Part shown: one piece after another, positions 12,852-20,333 of the stretch
Layout of the letters: every line of letters begins with the position of its first letter
Numbering within the stretch: position 1 is the stretch's first letter
Origin: Bacteroidaceae bacterium
GTDB taxonomy: Bacteria > Bacteroidota > Bacteroidia > Bacteroidales > Bacteroidaceae
Direction: 5' to 3'
DNA length: 64,000 nt
Assembly: GCA_045617645.1 (NCBI GenBank)
Contig: JAZLIY010000104.1
Span: forward strand, 69,830 to 133,829
Program-made: the position numbers and the translations under genes
The notes under the pieces: generated by a model
What the model was told of the DNA's origin: nothing
The model's database searches: none
The model's input: only the letters and a program-made list of their open reading frames with translations

Positions 12852-12874
12852 AAAAGAAAAACTCATAAGATAGC

Positions 12875-12922
12875 AAAAAAAGAGGTCGTGTCAGAGCTAC
12901 TTTTGACACGACCTCTTTTTTT
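12875..12922. terminator. Bidirectional rho-independent terminator between convergent genes
   Basis: A perfect 13-bp stem, AGAGGTCGTGTCA (12881-12893) with TGACACGACCTCT (12904-12916), is flanked by an A-run upstream and a T-run downstream. Confidence 0.85.
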
Positions 12923-12947
12923 GTCATATTGAATAGGCAGCTATTGC

Positions 12948-15308
12948 CTACTTCTTCAATTCTATCATCTTACCGTTCATCGCGTATGGATAAGCACTCA
13001 AATAGACCTTAATGTCAAGGTCATGATATTGAGCATCATTCATAATGCTCATCACGTAGGCATCAAAGGTGGCACCTTGCATATCGGGGGTCAAAGGCAG
13101 ATAGTAAGTATAGTCATGGTCGGTCGTATTGACAGAACATTCCCAAGTGTTTGATTTGTACGAAGGAGCACGGTCGGGACAACCAACAGGCTTACCATTG
13201 ATGCGGAAACCGGCATAGACACCATCAGCACCGCATTTACCGTTTATGGCAACACACAGATACGAGTTGGCAGGTATCTGATCCAGCTTGAATGACGTAC
13301 TCCAAGTCTTGTGGGGATGACACATCTGGCTGTTGTAAGCAGGGAACAGGTTGCTTGCATGCCAAGCTTTGCGTTCAACCTTATGCCCATCCTTGTAACC
13401 GAAAATTTCTGCCACACGAAGCGCATTATGGTCAAAACGCAGATAGCGGAAAGAACCGTACTTACTGCAATCTATTACGGTATGTTCTGTAATGACGTAG
13501 GAATGATTGGTCCAATCTTGCAAATTGTCAGACACATGGCATCCAGCTCCGCCATCGTAGAATTGCTCCTGCATAGAATAGATATCTGGATAATCTATGA
13601 CAAGGCTGTCAAGGGACATGGATTCGCCCATGTCAAGCATGAAATTCATCTGTTTATAGCTTGAATAATAAGGCGCACCAATGGAAAATGCCGTATGGAG
13701 ATCAGAATCGAACAGGTTACGGCTGTCACATTCCCTACCCTTAAACAAATCCTGTGCAAAGAAGGCATCGCGGGCAGCCTGAACCTCAGGAATGGAGGTT
13801 GGGCCGGAACGTCGGATACAACGTGTTTCCAAACAGTCATTATCGGCTGCATATATGGTTGAATAATAGATTGACTGCAGATCATCGGACATCGGACATT
13901 CCTTCATCTCTGCCACCATACGATTGGCACTCTCTCTCAGTTCCTCACCATCGAACTTTATACTGAAATGTTTCTTTTCACTCTTTCCACGGGTGACACG
14001 TACATCATAAGTCTTTCCGGCTTCACCCAGTAGCATGACCTGATGCGTATTCCCCACCCTGTCATTCACGATACGATACGGAACACCACTTATCAGGACA
14101 TTGTCCTTCTCTGCACGGTTCGTCAGCTTCACCAGCGCCACGCGGAACGGCTCTACCGTAATGTCAACCTGAGAGCCGAAGGAGTGATCGCCCTTGTCCT
14201 CGATATAGGGATGATAGAGACGGGCTTTTACCTTATGGCCGTTGTTTTTCAGACCGATACTACCGTCCAGGGCAATGCTGAACGTACGCTTTTCCCACGA
14301 CATATTACGAAGCGTAATGAAACGGGTGCCCTCATCACCGCGGCTGAGGGAGTTTAGTCCATATCGATCGTTCGGAAGTTCCATACCATTGACCAGAATA
14401 TCACGGTAATCACGATGTAGATTGAAGATATAGGCCATATAGGAGAACTCGTCATCACGCAGGAACCAAGGGTTGCCATAGATTTCCGGAGAAAGGATCA
14501 AGTTACGACAGAAAGCCTGCAAGATAAGGTCATCGTCCCACGCATCCAGACAGGAAGACAGGCAGACACCATGGTCCTCGGACAATCGGGTCAGCTCTGG
14601 TGTATTCTGCCTCATCAGGTTCTCCACCCTGTGATGAGGAGCCGTAACAGGATTCTTCATGTGGACATCGGCATACGTTTCCTGTCCCCCCAGTAGGTAC
14701 GTTGTGGAATGTGCCGTGGCTTCGCCCAGATCTATACGGTGGTTCAGCAGGACAAAGTCGGGAACGATAGCCCTTACACGGTTCATCATATCGTTGAACT
14801 CCTTGTATTTACTGGAACGCATCGAACCACAACAGGCATCCATCTTAAAGAGTTTGATATTGTAATCCTTAACCAGTTTTACCACCATGTCGGCCCTCTT
14901 CTGCGCCTCCTCCGGTGTATTACCGAAACCATCAGGACCACCCCAGAAACCGAGGCCGGTATTCATATCCGAAGAAACCTTGGCAATGGCAGAAAAGCCA
15001 TTAGGAAAAAGTGAGGTAAAACGTTTGGCATTCAAATCGCCGTAATCCTGCCATCCATCAATGACACCGGCATCCATGGCATAGATGTCCAACTGCATGC
15101 CGTACGTATCCTTCAGCCAACGGAAGAAATTCAGGTTGGCAAGTGTCACACTCTCCGAAGAACCCTCCCAGGTACTGTTTATCCAAGCAAAATACTCGGA
15201 TTTGGAGGGCGTTTTCTCATCAGCTCCACCATGAGGCTTATTTGTCGCCTCCTGTGCAAAGGCAAAAGAGGAAATCAACAAACTAATAGATAAAACAATC
15301 TTTTTCAT
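12948..15308 (-). CDS. Secreted glycoside hydrolase-like protein: alpha-galactosidase-like (clan GH-D style) TIM barrel plus C-terminal discoidin/CBM-like domain. Function is tentative.
   Basis: The 786 aa ORF has a signal peptide (MKKIVLSISLLISSFAFAQE). YNIKLFKMDACCG resembles the [LI]K.D.C catalytic-strand motif of GH27/36 enzymes. C-terminal FRYLRFDHNALRVAEIFGY looks like an F5/8-type C / CBM32 domain. It is adjacent to the galactose block. Confidence 0.55.
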   Translation of the reverse strand: MKKIVLSISLLISSFAFAQEATNKPHGGADEKTPSKSEYFAWINSTWEGSSESVTLANLNFFRWLKDTYGMQLDIYAMDAGVIDGWQDYGDLNAKRFTSLFPNGFSAIAKVSSDMNTGLGFWGGPDGFGNTPEEAQKRADMVVKLVKDYNIKLFKMDACCGSMRSSKYKEFNDMMNRVRAIVPDFVLLNHRIDLGEATAHSTTYLLGGQETYADVHMKNPVTAPHHRVENLMRQNTPELTRLSEDHGVCLSSCLDAWDDDLILQAFCRNLILSPEIYGNPWFLRDDEFSYMAYIFNLHRDYRDILVNGMELPNDRYGLNSLSRGDEGTRFITLRNMSWEKRTFSIALDGSIGLKNNGHKVKARLYHPYIEDKGDHSFGSQVDITVEPFRVALVKLTNRAEKDNVLISGVPYRIVNDRVGNTHQVMLLGEAGKTYDVRVTRGKSEKKHFSIKFDGEELRESANRMVAEMKECPMSDDLQSIYYSTIYAADNDCLETRCIRRSGPTSIPEVQAARDAFFAQDLFKGRECDSRNLFDSDLHTAFSIGAPYYSSYKQMNFMLDMGESMSLDSLVIDYPDIYSMQEQFYDGGAGCHVSDNLQDWTNHSYVITEHTVIDCSKYGSFRYLRFDHNALRVAEIFGYKDGHKVERKAWHASNLFPAYNSQMCHPHKTWSTSFKLDQIPANSYLCVAINGKCGADGVYAGFRINGKPVGCPDRAPSYKSNTWECSVNTTDHDYTYYLPLTPDMQGATFDAYVMSIMNDAQYHDLDIKVYLSAYPYAMNGKMIELKK

Positions 15309-15329
15309 ACATTAATATTAAAATTACCA

Positions 15330-15337
15330 CAAAGATA
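15330..15337 (-). promoter_or_regulatory. Bacteroidetes -7 box (TAtcTTTG on minus strand) for the hydrolase-like gene
   Basis: Reverse complement of caaagata gives TATCTTTG, 22 nt upstream of the ATG at 15308. Confidence 0.5.
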
Positions 15338-15499
15338 CGAATAAGCGGGAGAAAAAACAAAATTCTATTTAGTTTTTACAGGCGGGAGTGTCTTAGAGTT
15401 TCCATGAATTGTGGTGAATTATTTGGTTCAAACATAGTTATAAAACGTTAAAATCGCCTTATTTATCACAAATGATTTTTTATATTAAATTCAAATATA

Positions 15500-15507
15500 T
15501 ATATTTG
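15500..15507 (+). promoter_or_regulatory. Bacteroidetes -7 box TAtaTTTG
   Basis: tatatttg lies 35 nt upstream of the ATG at 15542. Confidence 0.5.
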
Positions 15508-15541
15508 CAGAAAATTACATAACAATTAATTCGAAATCCCT

Positions 15542-15991
15542 ATGATGACAAATGCTAAAAGAATCGCGCTGGCACTATTCTGTGCCCAATCTATTTGTTT
15601 AAGTGCATGTGCCGGAAAAGACAAGATAATCACTATGGACGAATTACCGGTTGATGCCCAGACTTTTGTGCAGACGTATTTTGGAAAGTCCAACGTCAGC
15701 ATTGTCAAAAAAGACACTGAGATATTAGACACGAGCTACGATGTAATAATGAAAGACGGCAGCACGATGGAGTTTGACCGGAAAGGTGCATGGACTGGAG
15801 TAAAAAGCCGCACCAAGGCCATCCCCAACGCTATCGTACCAGAGAAAATCGGCCAACATGTCAAGCAGAATTACCCCAAAGACCAAATCATGAGCATTGA
15901 AAAGGACAAGAATGAATATGAACTAGAATTGTCCAACCATTTGGAGCTAACCTTCAACAAAAAGGGGAAACTAATAGACATCGACCATTGA
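15542..15991 (+). CDS. PepSY-like (DUF2874-type) periplasmic protein, lipoprotein signal
   Basis: Signal/lipobox LSACAG followed by two repeats of the PepSY-like pattern (LPVDAQTFVQTYF...; IPNAIVPEKIGQHVKQNYPKDQIMSIEKDKNEYELELSN). Confidence 0.75.
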   Translation: MMTNAKRIALALFCAQSICLSACAGKDKIITMDELPVDAQTFVQTYFGKSNVSIVKKDTEILDTSYDVIMKDGSTMEFDRKGAWTGVKSRTKAIPNAIVPEKIGQHVKQNYPKDQIMSIEKDKNEYELELSNHLELTFNKKGKLIDIDH

Positions 15992-16026
15992 ACGGCACAC
16001 GTTTTTTATCCAAACAAACCCATAGA

Positions 16027-16060
16027 GATGCCTTATACAAACAATAAGGCATCTTTTTTT
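16027..16060 (+). terminator. Rho-independent terminator
   Basis: Stem GATGCCTTA (16027-16035) with TAAGGCATC (16045-16053), followed by T7. Confidence 0.8.
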
Positions 16061-16376
16061 GCCTCAACCAAACCGGTTCATACAATTTCTGTGTTTCTTA
16101 CTATCTCACCCTTTCGCTTATAGGGAACAAAAAAATTGTTTCCTCGGGACGCAACATTCGCTACATCGCGAGGAAACAAAATATCGTTAACTCTCTAATG
16201 ACTGTCATTAGAAAATCGAATTCGCAAACAACACAATTCCAATGACATACAATTGAGAGCACGAATTATAATTCCAAATGGACATTATGGGTTTATACGC
16301 AACTTTATGGTTGGATTGCAGAAAAATCGAAAAAACGCCATGAGGGATTCGTCCAAAGTTCCCTCGCAGATACTTG

Positions 16377-16410
16377 CCGAAAATAAGAGCAGGGAAATCC
16401 TTGCTCTTAT
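16377..16410 (-). terminator. Probable terminator of the 16455-18343 operon
   Basis: On the minus strand, ATAAGAGCAAGG-ATTT-CCCTGCTCTTAT is followed by TTTCGG. It lies 45 nt downstream of the stop at 16455. The U tract is short. Confidence 0.55.
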
Positions 16411-16454
16411 GATAATGCCGTAGCAATTTTGATGCGTTGTACGAATGATGGGAC

Positions 16455-17915
16455 TTACTGGACTGCCTGGATTTTTCCTTCGTAGGTGATGTTCATGACA
16501 CAAATATCGTCGTAACCAAAATAGATGGACATCTGTTTGATGCTGATGTTTTGTTCGTTCAATGTACACTCGATATACAGGTTAAAAATATCGTAGCTCT
16601 GACCGTTGTAGGTTACGGAACCTGTGGCCGATGAATGGTCCCCTACGGCAAGCGTGTTGCTCTTTCCATCGAAATTGGTGCACAATACCAGATTCGAGAA
16701 AGTAACTTCTTCCATTTGGAGCCTTCCACATGCGAAACCGGCAATTGTCAATGTGGCAGCCGTGCTGGTGGAATTTACGGTAACTTGGCTGGTCAGATTC
16801 TTTAATTCGATAGTCTTGTCGGATTGGTAGGTTCCATTTGCATCTGCCGGACCAAGGAGGCTGGTTGCCGTACCATTACCGATAAATGCATAAGACGTGT
16901 CCTGTTGCAATAAAGATGTCACAGCTACCATACATGTCACCTCTACTCCGCTACCATCATTGGCCATGGCCGTAATTATTGCCGTTCCAGCATTGACTGC
17001 AGAGACTTCACCAGAAGAACTGACCGTTGCCACGGAAGGATCAGATGAATACCAAGTCAAACTCTTGTCCGTGGCATCAGATGGAGATACGGTTGGCATC
17101 AACGTATAGGTGTTACCAACCGTGAGGGACAAAGATGACTTATCAAAAGAGATGCCAGTTACCTTTACAGATTCCGTGTCTGATTCCGACCAGACGGGCC
17201 GCACAGAATGACCTTCGCATCTGTGACCACTGCACCAGTCGAAACTCCCATCGGCATCCAAAACGTACGCGCTGCTGTAGTCGCTGTATTCGTTGCTGAG
17301 CGTACCCGACCAGTAAAAGCCGTCCGAACCTGCAATGTCCAGATTGCCGAACACGCGAAAGCCGGCAGCGGGGAGGAAAATGTAATTACCGTTAGGGCCT
17401 ACTACTTTTGTGCCCGATACGCCATTCACGCTTGTCCAAGATGAAGAACAACAGTCAATAAGTTCCTGGCATTGGGCCAGCGTTGGCATACGCCAGTTGC
17501 CGCCCCATTGCACATGGGCAACATCGTACTGAGTTCCGCTGATTTCCGAACCGATGTACTGGCAGTCATAATCTTCGGAACCATAAGCATACGTATCCCA
17601 ATAATAATAGTCTTTTGTTACCGTCTCTCCCCAGGCATAGTAGCCGCCGTACTCCTCAGGAGAATTTGCTCCCACATTGCAGGTTGCCCATTTCGTGCCA
17701 CTTGGCAACCCTAAATCTACATACTCGTGTCCATTATGAACACCATCGGAATCGCCAGGAGTTACTGTTTCCTCTAACCACGTGACATTTTCTATCTCCG
17801 AAACCTTGTATTCTGTTTCCTGCCCGTTTTTCAATGTCACTTTCATCTTGTACTGGGCATTGGCAGAAATAACGCTCAACAAAACAGCTGTTGTTATGGC
17901 AATAAACTTTCTCAT
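16455..17915 (-). CDS. Secreted surface-type protein with DUF1566/FISUMP-like (WRxPT) lectin-like domain, one Big_2 Ig-like domain and an uncharacterised C-terminal domain
   Basis: Signal peptide MRKFIAITTAVLLSVISANAQ. GYYAWGET...GGNWRMPTLAQCQELI is a DUF1566/Fibrobacter-paralogous-domain style motif. VTGISFDKSSLSLTVGNTYTLMPTVSPSDATDKSLTWYSSDPSVATVSSSGEVSAVNAGTAIITA is Big_2. Confidence 0.8.
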   Translation of the reverse strand: MRKFIAITTAVLLSVISANAQYKMKVTLKNGQETEYKVSEIENVTWLEETVTPGDSDGVHNGHEYVDLGLPSGTKWATCNVGANSPEEYGGYYAWGETVTKDYYYWDTYAYGSEDYDCQYIGSEISGTQYDVAHVQWGGNWRMPTLAQCQELIDCCSSSWTSVNGVSGTKVVGPNGNYIFLPAAGFRVFGNLDIAGSDGFYWSGTLSNEYSDYSSAYVLDADGSFDWCSGHRCEGHSVRPVWSESDTESVKVTGISFDKSSLSLTVGNTYTLMPTVSPSDATDKSLTWYSSDPSVATVSSSGEVSAVNAGTAIITAMANDGSGVEVTCMVAVTSLLQQDTSYAFIGNGTATSLLGPADANGTYQSDKTIELKNLTSQVTVNSTSTAATLTIAGFACGRLQMEEVTFSNLVLCTNFDGKSNTLAVGDHSSATGSVTYNGQSYDIFNLYIECTLNEQNISIKQMSIYFGYDDICVMNITYEGKIQAVQ

Positions 17916-18343
17916 TTCTTTCTGATTTTATAGGTTTGTGTTCCTTGTTTAATAATGTAGATACCGGCAGGTAAATCCTGTGTGGAAAACTTCGCATCTG
18001 AACCGTCGTTCTCCGATGGCTGAATAGTACGCACCAAAGTGCCGGACACATTGTAGATGCGTACCGTACCATCTCCTTTCGGCTGGTTCATAGACACGCT
18101 CTCCACGGCATCAGACGTTTCCTCGAAAGTGAATTTCTGTAAGTCGGCCAACGGATATTCCACCGTTGTGCTCTCGGTTGTCAGAATCAACACATCACCC
18201 TTATACGTCACAACGGGTTTTTCACTCAACGCATAGCTTACCTCACCACCCGACTTGGCGTGTACGACAAGCTGTACGGATTTACATCGTCCTTGTATGC
18301 ATAAAGCTAACAAGAGAGGCAAAAGGCACAATTTCTTTTTCAT
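17912..18343 (-). CDS. Small T9SS cargo protein (type A C-terminal sorting domain), 143 aa
   Basis: Signal peptide plus a C-terminal VRIYNVSGTLVRTIQPSE...LPAGIYIIKQGTQTYKIRKK (por_Secre_tail pattern). There is a 4-nt ATGA overlap with the downstream gene. Confidence 0.8.
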   Translation of the reverse strand: MKKKLCLLPLLLALCIQGRCKSVQLVVHAKSGGEVSYALSEKPVVTYKGDVLILTTESTTVEYPLADLQKFTFEETSDAVESVSMNQPKGDGTVRIYNVSGTLVRTIQPSENDGSDAKFSTQDLPAGIYIIKQGTQTYKIRKK

Positions 18344-18410
18344 AAAAACGTATGTTATTACACAAAAATGTTTTCACCATACTCCCTCTAATGGTATTTA
18401 TCATCAGATA

Positions 18411-18690
18411 CAAGAAAACGCAGGGAATTGTCCTTGCTCATCTTGCTCTTAGGCTCTGGTAAACCCACAAATGAAATGAACTGAGTACGAATCACCCCGC
18501 GCTGTAAGTATAGCAGCTGCCTACAGCGCGGGGCTGTATGCACATACATATACTCAGAACGGGCATTCTTGACTCCCTCATCCTTCATTTGTTTTGAAAT
18601 TTACCAGATTTCGAGCAAAGGATGAAAGCGCGGAACGCCTTCTTGGTCAAGTGGCTGGCATCCCACTTATAGGTGGGAAGTTCCACAAGA
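18411..18690 (-). ncRNA. Candidate structured RNA (5' leader/riboswitch-like element or independent sRNA), unclassified
   Basis: It lies downstream of a consensus promoter. It has nested helices (12-bp GC-rich tip at 18495-18506/18522-18533 plus three enclosing helices), a second branched hairpin at 18632-18684, and a terminator-like hairpin plus U tract at 18411-18437. There is no credible ORF. Confidence 0.4.
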
Positions 18691-18695
18691 CAATG

Positions 18696-18726
18696 CAAAA
18701 GTACAGAAAAGTTATTTACAAACAAA
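18696..18726 (-). promoter_or_regulatory. Full consensus Bacteroidetes sigma-A promoter (TTTG-N19-TActTTTG) on minus strand
   Basis: The minus strand reads cTTTGtttgtaaataacttttctgTACTTTTGcattg. The -33 TTTG is at 18726-18723 and the -7 box at 18703-18696, with exactly 19 nt between them. Confidence 0.6.
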
Positions 18727-18795
18727 GAAATAAGGGAAAAAAGTTCGCGAATACCTATATACGTTATACATAAAAAGCTCCAACTTACAACGGAA

Positions 18796-18866
18796 ATTAG
18801 TAATTACAAGCGTCAGACATTAGTAATGACAAAGGCTGATCATTAGTAATGACAAAGGTCGGGCAT
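18796..18866. repeat. Three tandem 23-bp direct repeats (ATTAGTAAT[T/G]ACAA[G/A]G...)
   Basis: Units start at 18796, 18819 and 18842. Units 2 and 3 share their first 18 nt (ATTAGTAATGACAAAGGc/t). A degenerate fourth unit starts at 18865. Confidence 0.85.
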
Positions 18867-19192
18867 AAGTTAAGCCTCATCTCGCGTATAGAAAAACATA
18901 CTATTCCTGATGCATAAACACCATACTTAGGATGCAAAAGTATGGTACTTACAAGACGTAAGCATGATGGTTACGAACGACAACTATGGGCATACCGACC
19001 GAACAGGAAAAAACATATAAGTACGGATTATTTTGATACCCCTAAATAAACAACAAGATTATTCGATGAAAGAAATTCATCAAACCATCGTTATTTGGGA
19101 ATATCGCCATTATGAGATGCATTGATATAAAAAACATCTGTTTTTATCCATAATGAGAGAAAATATTTGGTGGATATTTCACAAAAAACACG

Positions 19193-19200
19193 TATATTTG
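19193..19200 (+). promoter_or_regulatory. Bacteroidetes -7 box TAtaTTTG
   Basis: tatatttg lies about 59 nt upstream of the HU/SPOR gene start. Confidence 0.5.
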
Positions 19201-19258
19201 CAAAGGAAAAGAAATCGGTAATCCGCAAAGAGAAAAACTGGAGAATTGAACATATCCG

Positions 19259-20314
19259 TTGATAAAAGTGAAGGAACTGAGTAAACATATTGAATATTTG
19301 CTGCTTAATCACGACTGCGTGATTATTCCACAATTTGGGGCATTTGTGGCTAGGACACAAGAATGTCAATTTGTGGTTGAAGAGCGTTTGTTCCTGCCAC
19401 CAACCCGTACCGTACACTTCAACATGCAGATACGGCACAACGATACCCTACTCACCAATTCGCTACGACAATTCTACAAGATTTCCGAACAAGAGGCTGA
19501 CCGGTGGTGTCAGGAATATATTGAATACATTCAGGAACAGCTAGTTGAGTACGGCACATACGATTTCGGCAGCATAGGAGTGTTCCAACAGGAAGGCGAA
19601 AACATCCGGTTCATTCCGTGTACGGCAGGAATATCCTCGCCCTGTTTTTACGGTTTGGATTCCTTCCAATTCGAAGTCCTGTCACAAAGGGCAAAGGCTG
19701 AAAACAAGAGGAAGAAACAAGAAAGGAGCAGCCGTACCGGTTCGATACACACGGACGACAAGCACTTTGTCATCCGTGTGAATAAATCCGTTGCCAGTTA
19801 CGTGGCAACGATTGCAGCAAGCATCATACTATTCCTTACGTTTACGACTCCCGTAGAAAACGCGACAAACATGGATGCAACCGATGCAGAGCTCTTTATT
19901 CCGTCTAACCTCATCCCTATATCATTGGACAACCCATCTGCCGTAAGCCTGACAGCGGACGACATCCCCACCCAAGAGGAAACCGTTACCGAAAATGCAG
20001 AGAATACCGTTCCGTCTGATGAACCGGTTGTCAACAATGCCCAAGACAATGAAATACAGCCCGACAAAGCGAACGCGAACAGCGGATACGCCGTAGTCTT
20101 GGCCAGTTCCATAAGTATGGCTAATGCCGAAGCCTATACCAAGAGTCTGCAGAGCAGAAAGATAAAGGCTGAAATATTGAGTAACGGAAAAATGACACGC
20201 GTTGTCATACCCGGATTTGACACTCGCGAAAAAGCACACGATATGATTTCCGAACTTAAAGCATTGGACAAAAAGGAGTTTGGAAACGTCTGGATGCTAA
20301 AACTTGACAAATAA
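19259..20314 (+). CDS. HU-like N-terminal domain / SPOR C-terminal domain protein (cell-division associated peptidoglycan-binding protein)
   Basis: N-terminus LSKHIEYLLLNHDCVIIPQFGAFVARTQ is an HU-CCDC81-type fold motif. There is one TM segment (VATIAASIILFLTF). The C-terminus GYAVVLASSISMANAEAYTKSLQSRKIKAEILSNGKMTRVVIPGFDTREKAHDMISEL is SPOR. The start is TTG at 19259 or GTG at 19268, uncertain. Confidence 0.8.
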   Translation: MIKVKELSKHIEYLLLNHDCVIIPQFGAFVARTQECQFVVEERLFLPPTRTVHFNMQIRHNDTLLTNSLRQFYKISEQEADRWCQEYIEYIQEQLVEYGTYDFGSIGVFQQEGENIRFIPCTAGISSPCFYGLDSFQFEVLSQRAKAENKRKKQERSSRTGSIHTDDKHFVIRVNKSVASYVATIAASIILFLTFTTPVENATNMDATDAELFIPSNLIPISLDNPSAVSLTADDIPTQEETVTENAENTVPSDEPVVNNAQDNEIQPDKANANSGYAVVLASSISMANAEAYTKSLQSRKIKAEILSNGKMTRVVIPGFDTREKAHDMISELKALDKKEFGNVWMLKLDK

Positions 20315-20333
20315 CCTATCCTATATATTTATT

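Noticed and set aside
18388-18588. 66-aa minus-strand ORF (MKDEGVKNARSEYMYVHTAPRCRQ...) inside the structured region
   Set aside because: It spans the stems of the nested hairpin, has no recognisable features and has odd composition. It is most likely a chance ORF in an RNA element.
18440-18690. Possible cobalamin or TPP riboswitch. GCCAGCCACTTG...GAAGGCG and GAGTCAAGAATGCCCG vaguely resemble the GCCACTG / GGGAAGGC / B12-box elements, and CTGAGTA and ATGCCAGCC vaguely resemble TPP elements.
   Set aside because: The hallmark GGTG..AATCC and AAnAGGGAA elements are missing. The B12-box alignment matches fewer than about 9 of 16 positions. The TPP-like pieces are in the wrong order. I keep it as an unclassified structured RNA instead.
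18796-18866. CRISPR array or CRISPR remnant. The same consideration applies to 45102-45277.
   Set aside because: The repeats are directly adjacent with no unique spacers, the units are only 22-23 bp and degenerate, and there are no cas genes.
18344-19258. Invertible (phase-variable) promoter like the Bacteroides Mpi/fimbrial switches. TTACGAACGA at ~18971-18980 resembles the ARACGTWCGT recombinase core.
   Set aside because: I found no matching inverted partner of useful length flanking the promoter boxes. The best pair is a 7-bp AACGTAT/ATACGTT. No site-specific recombinase gene is in the window.
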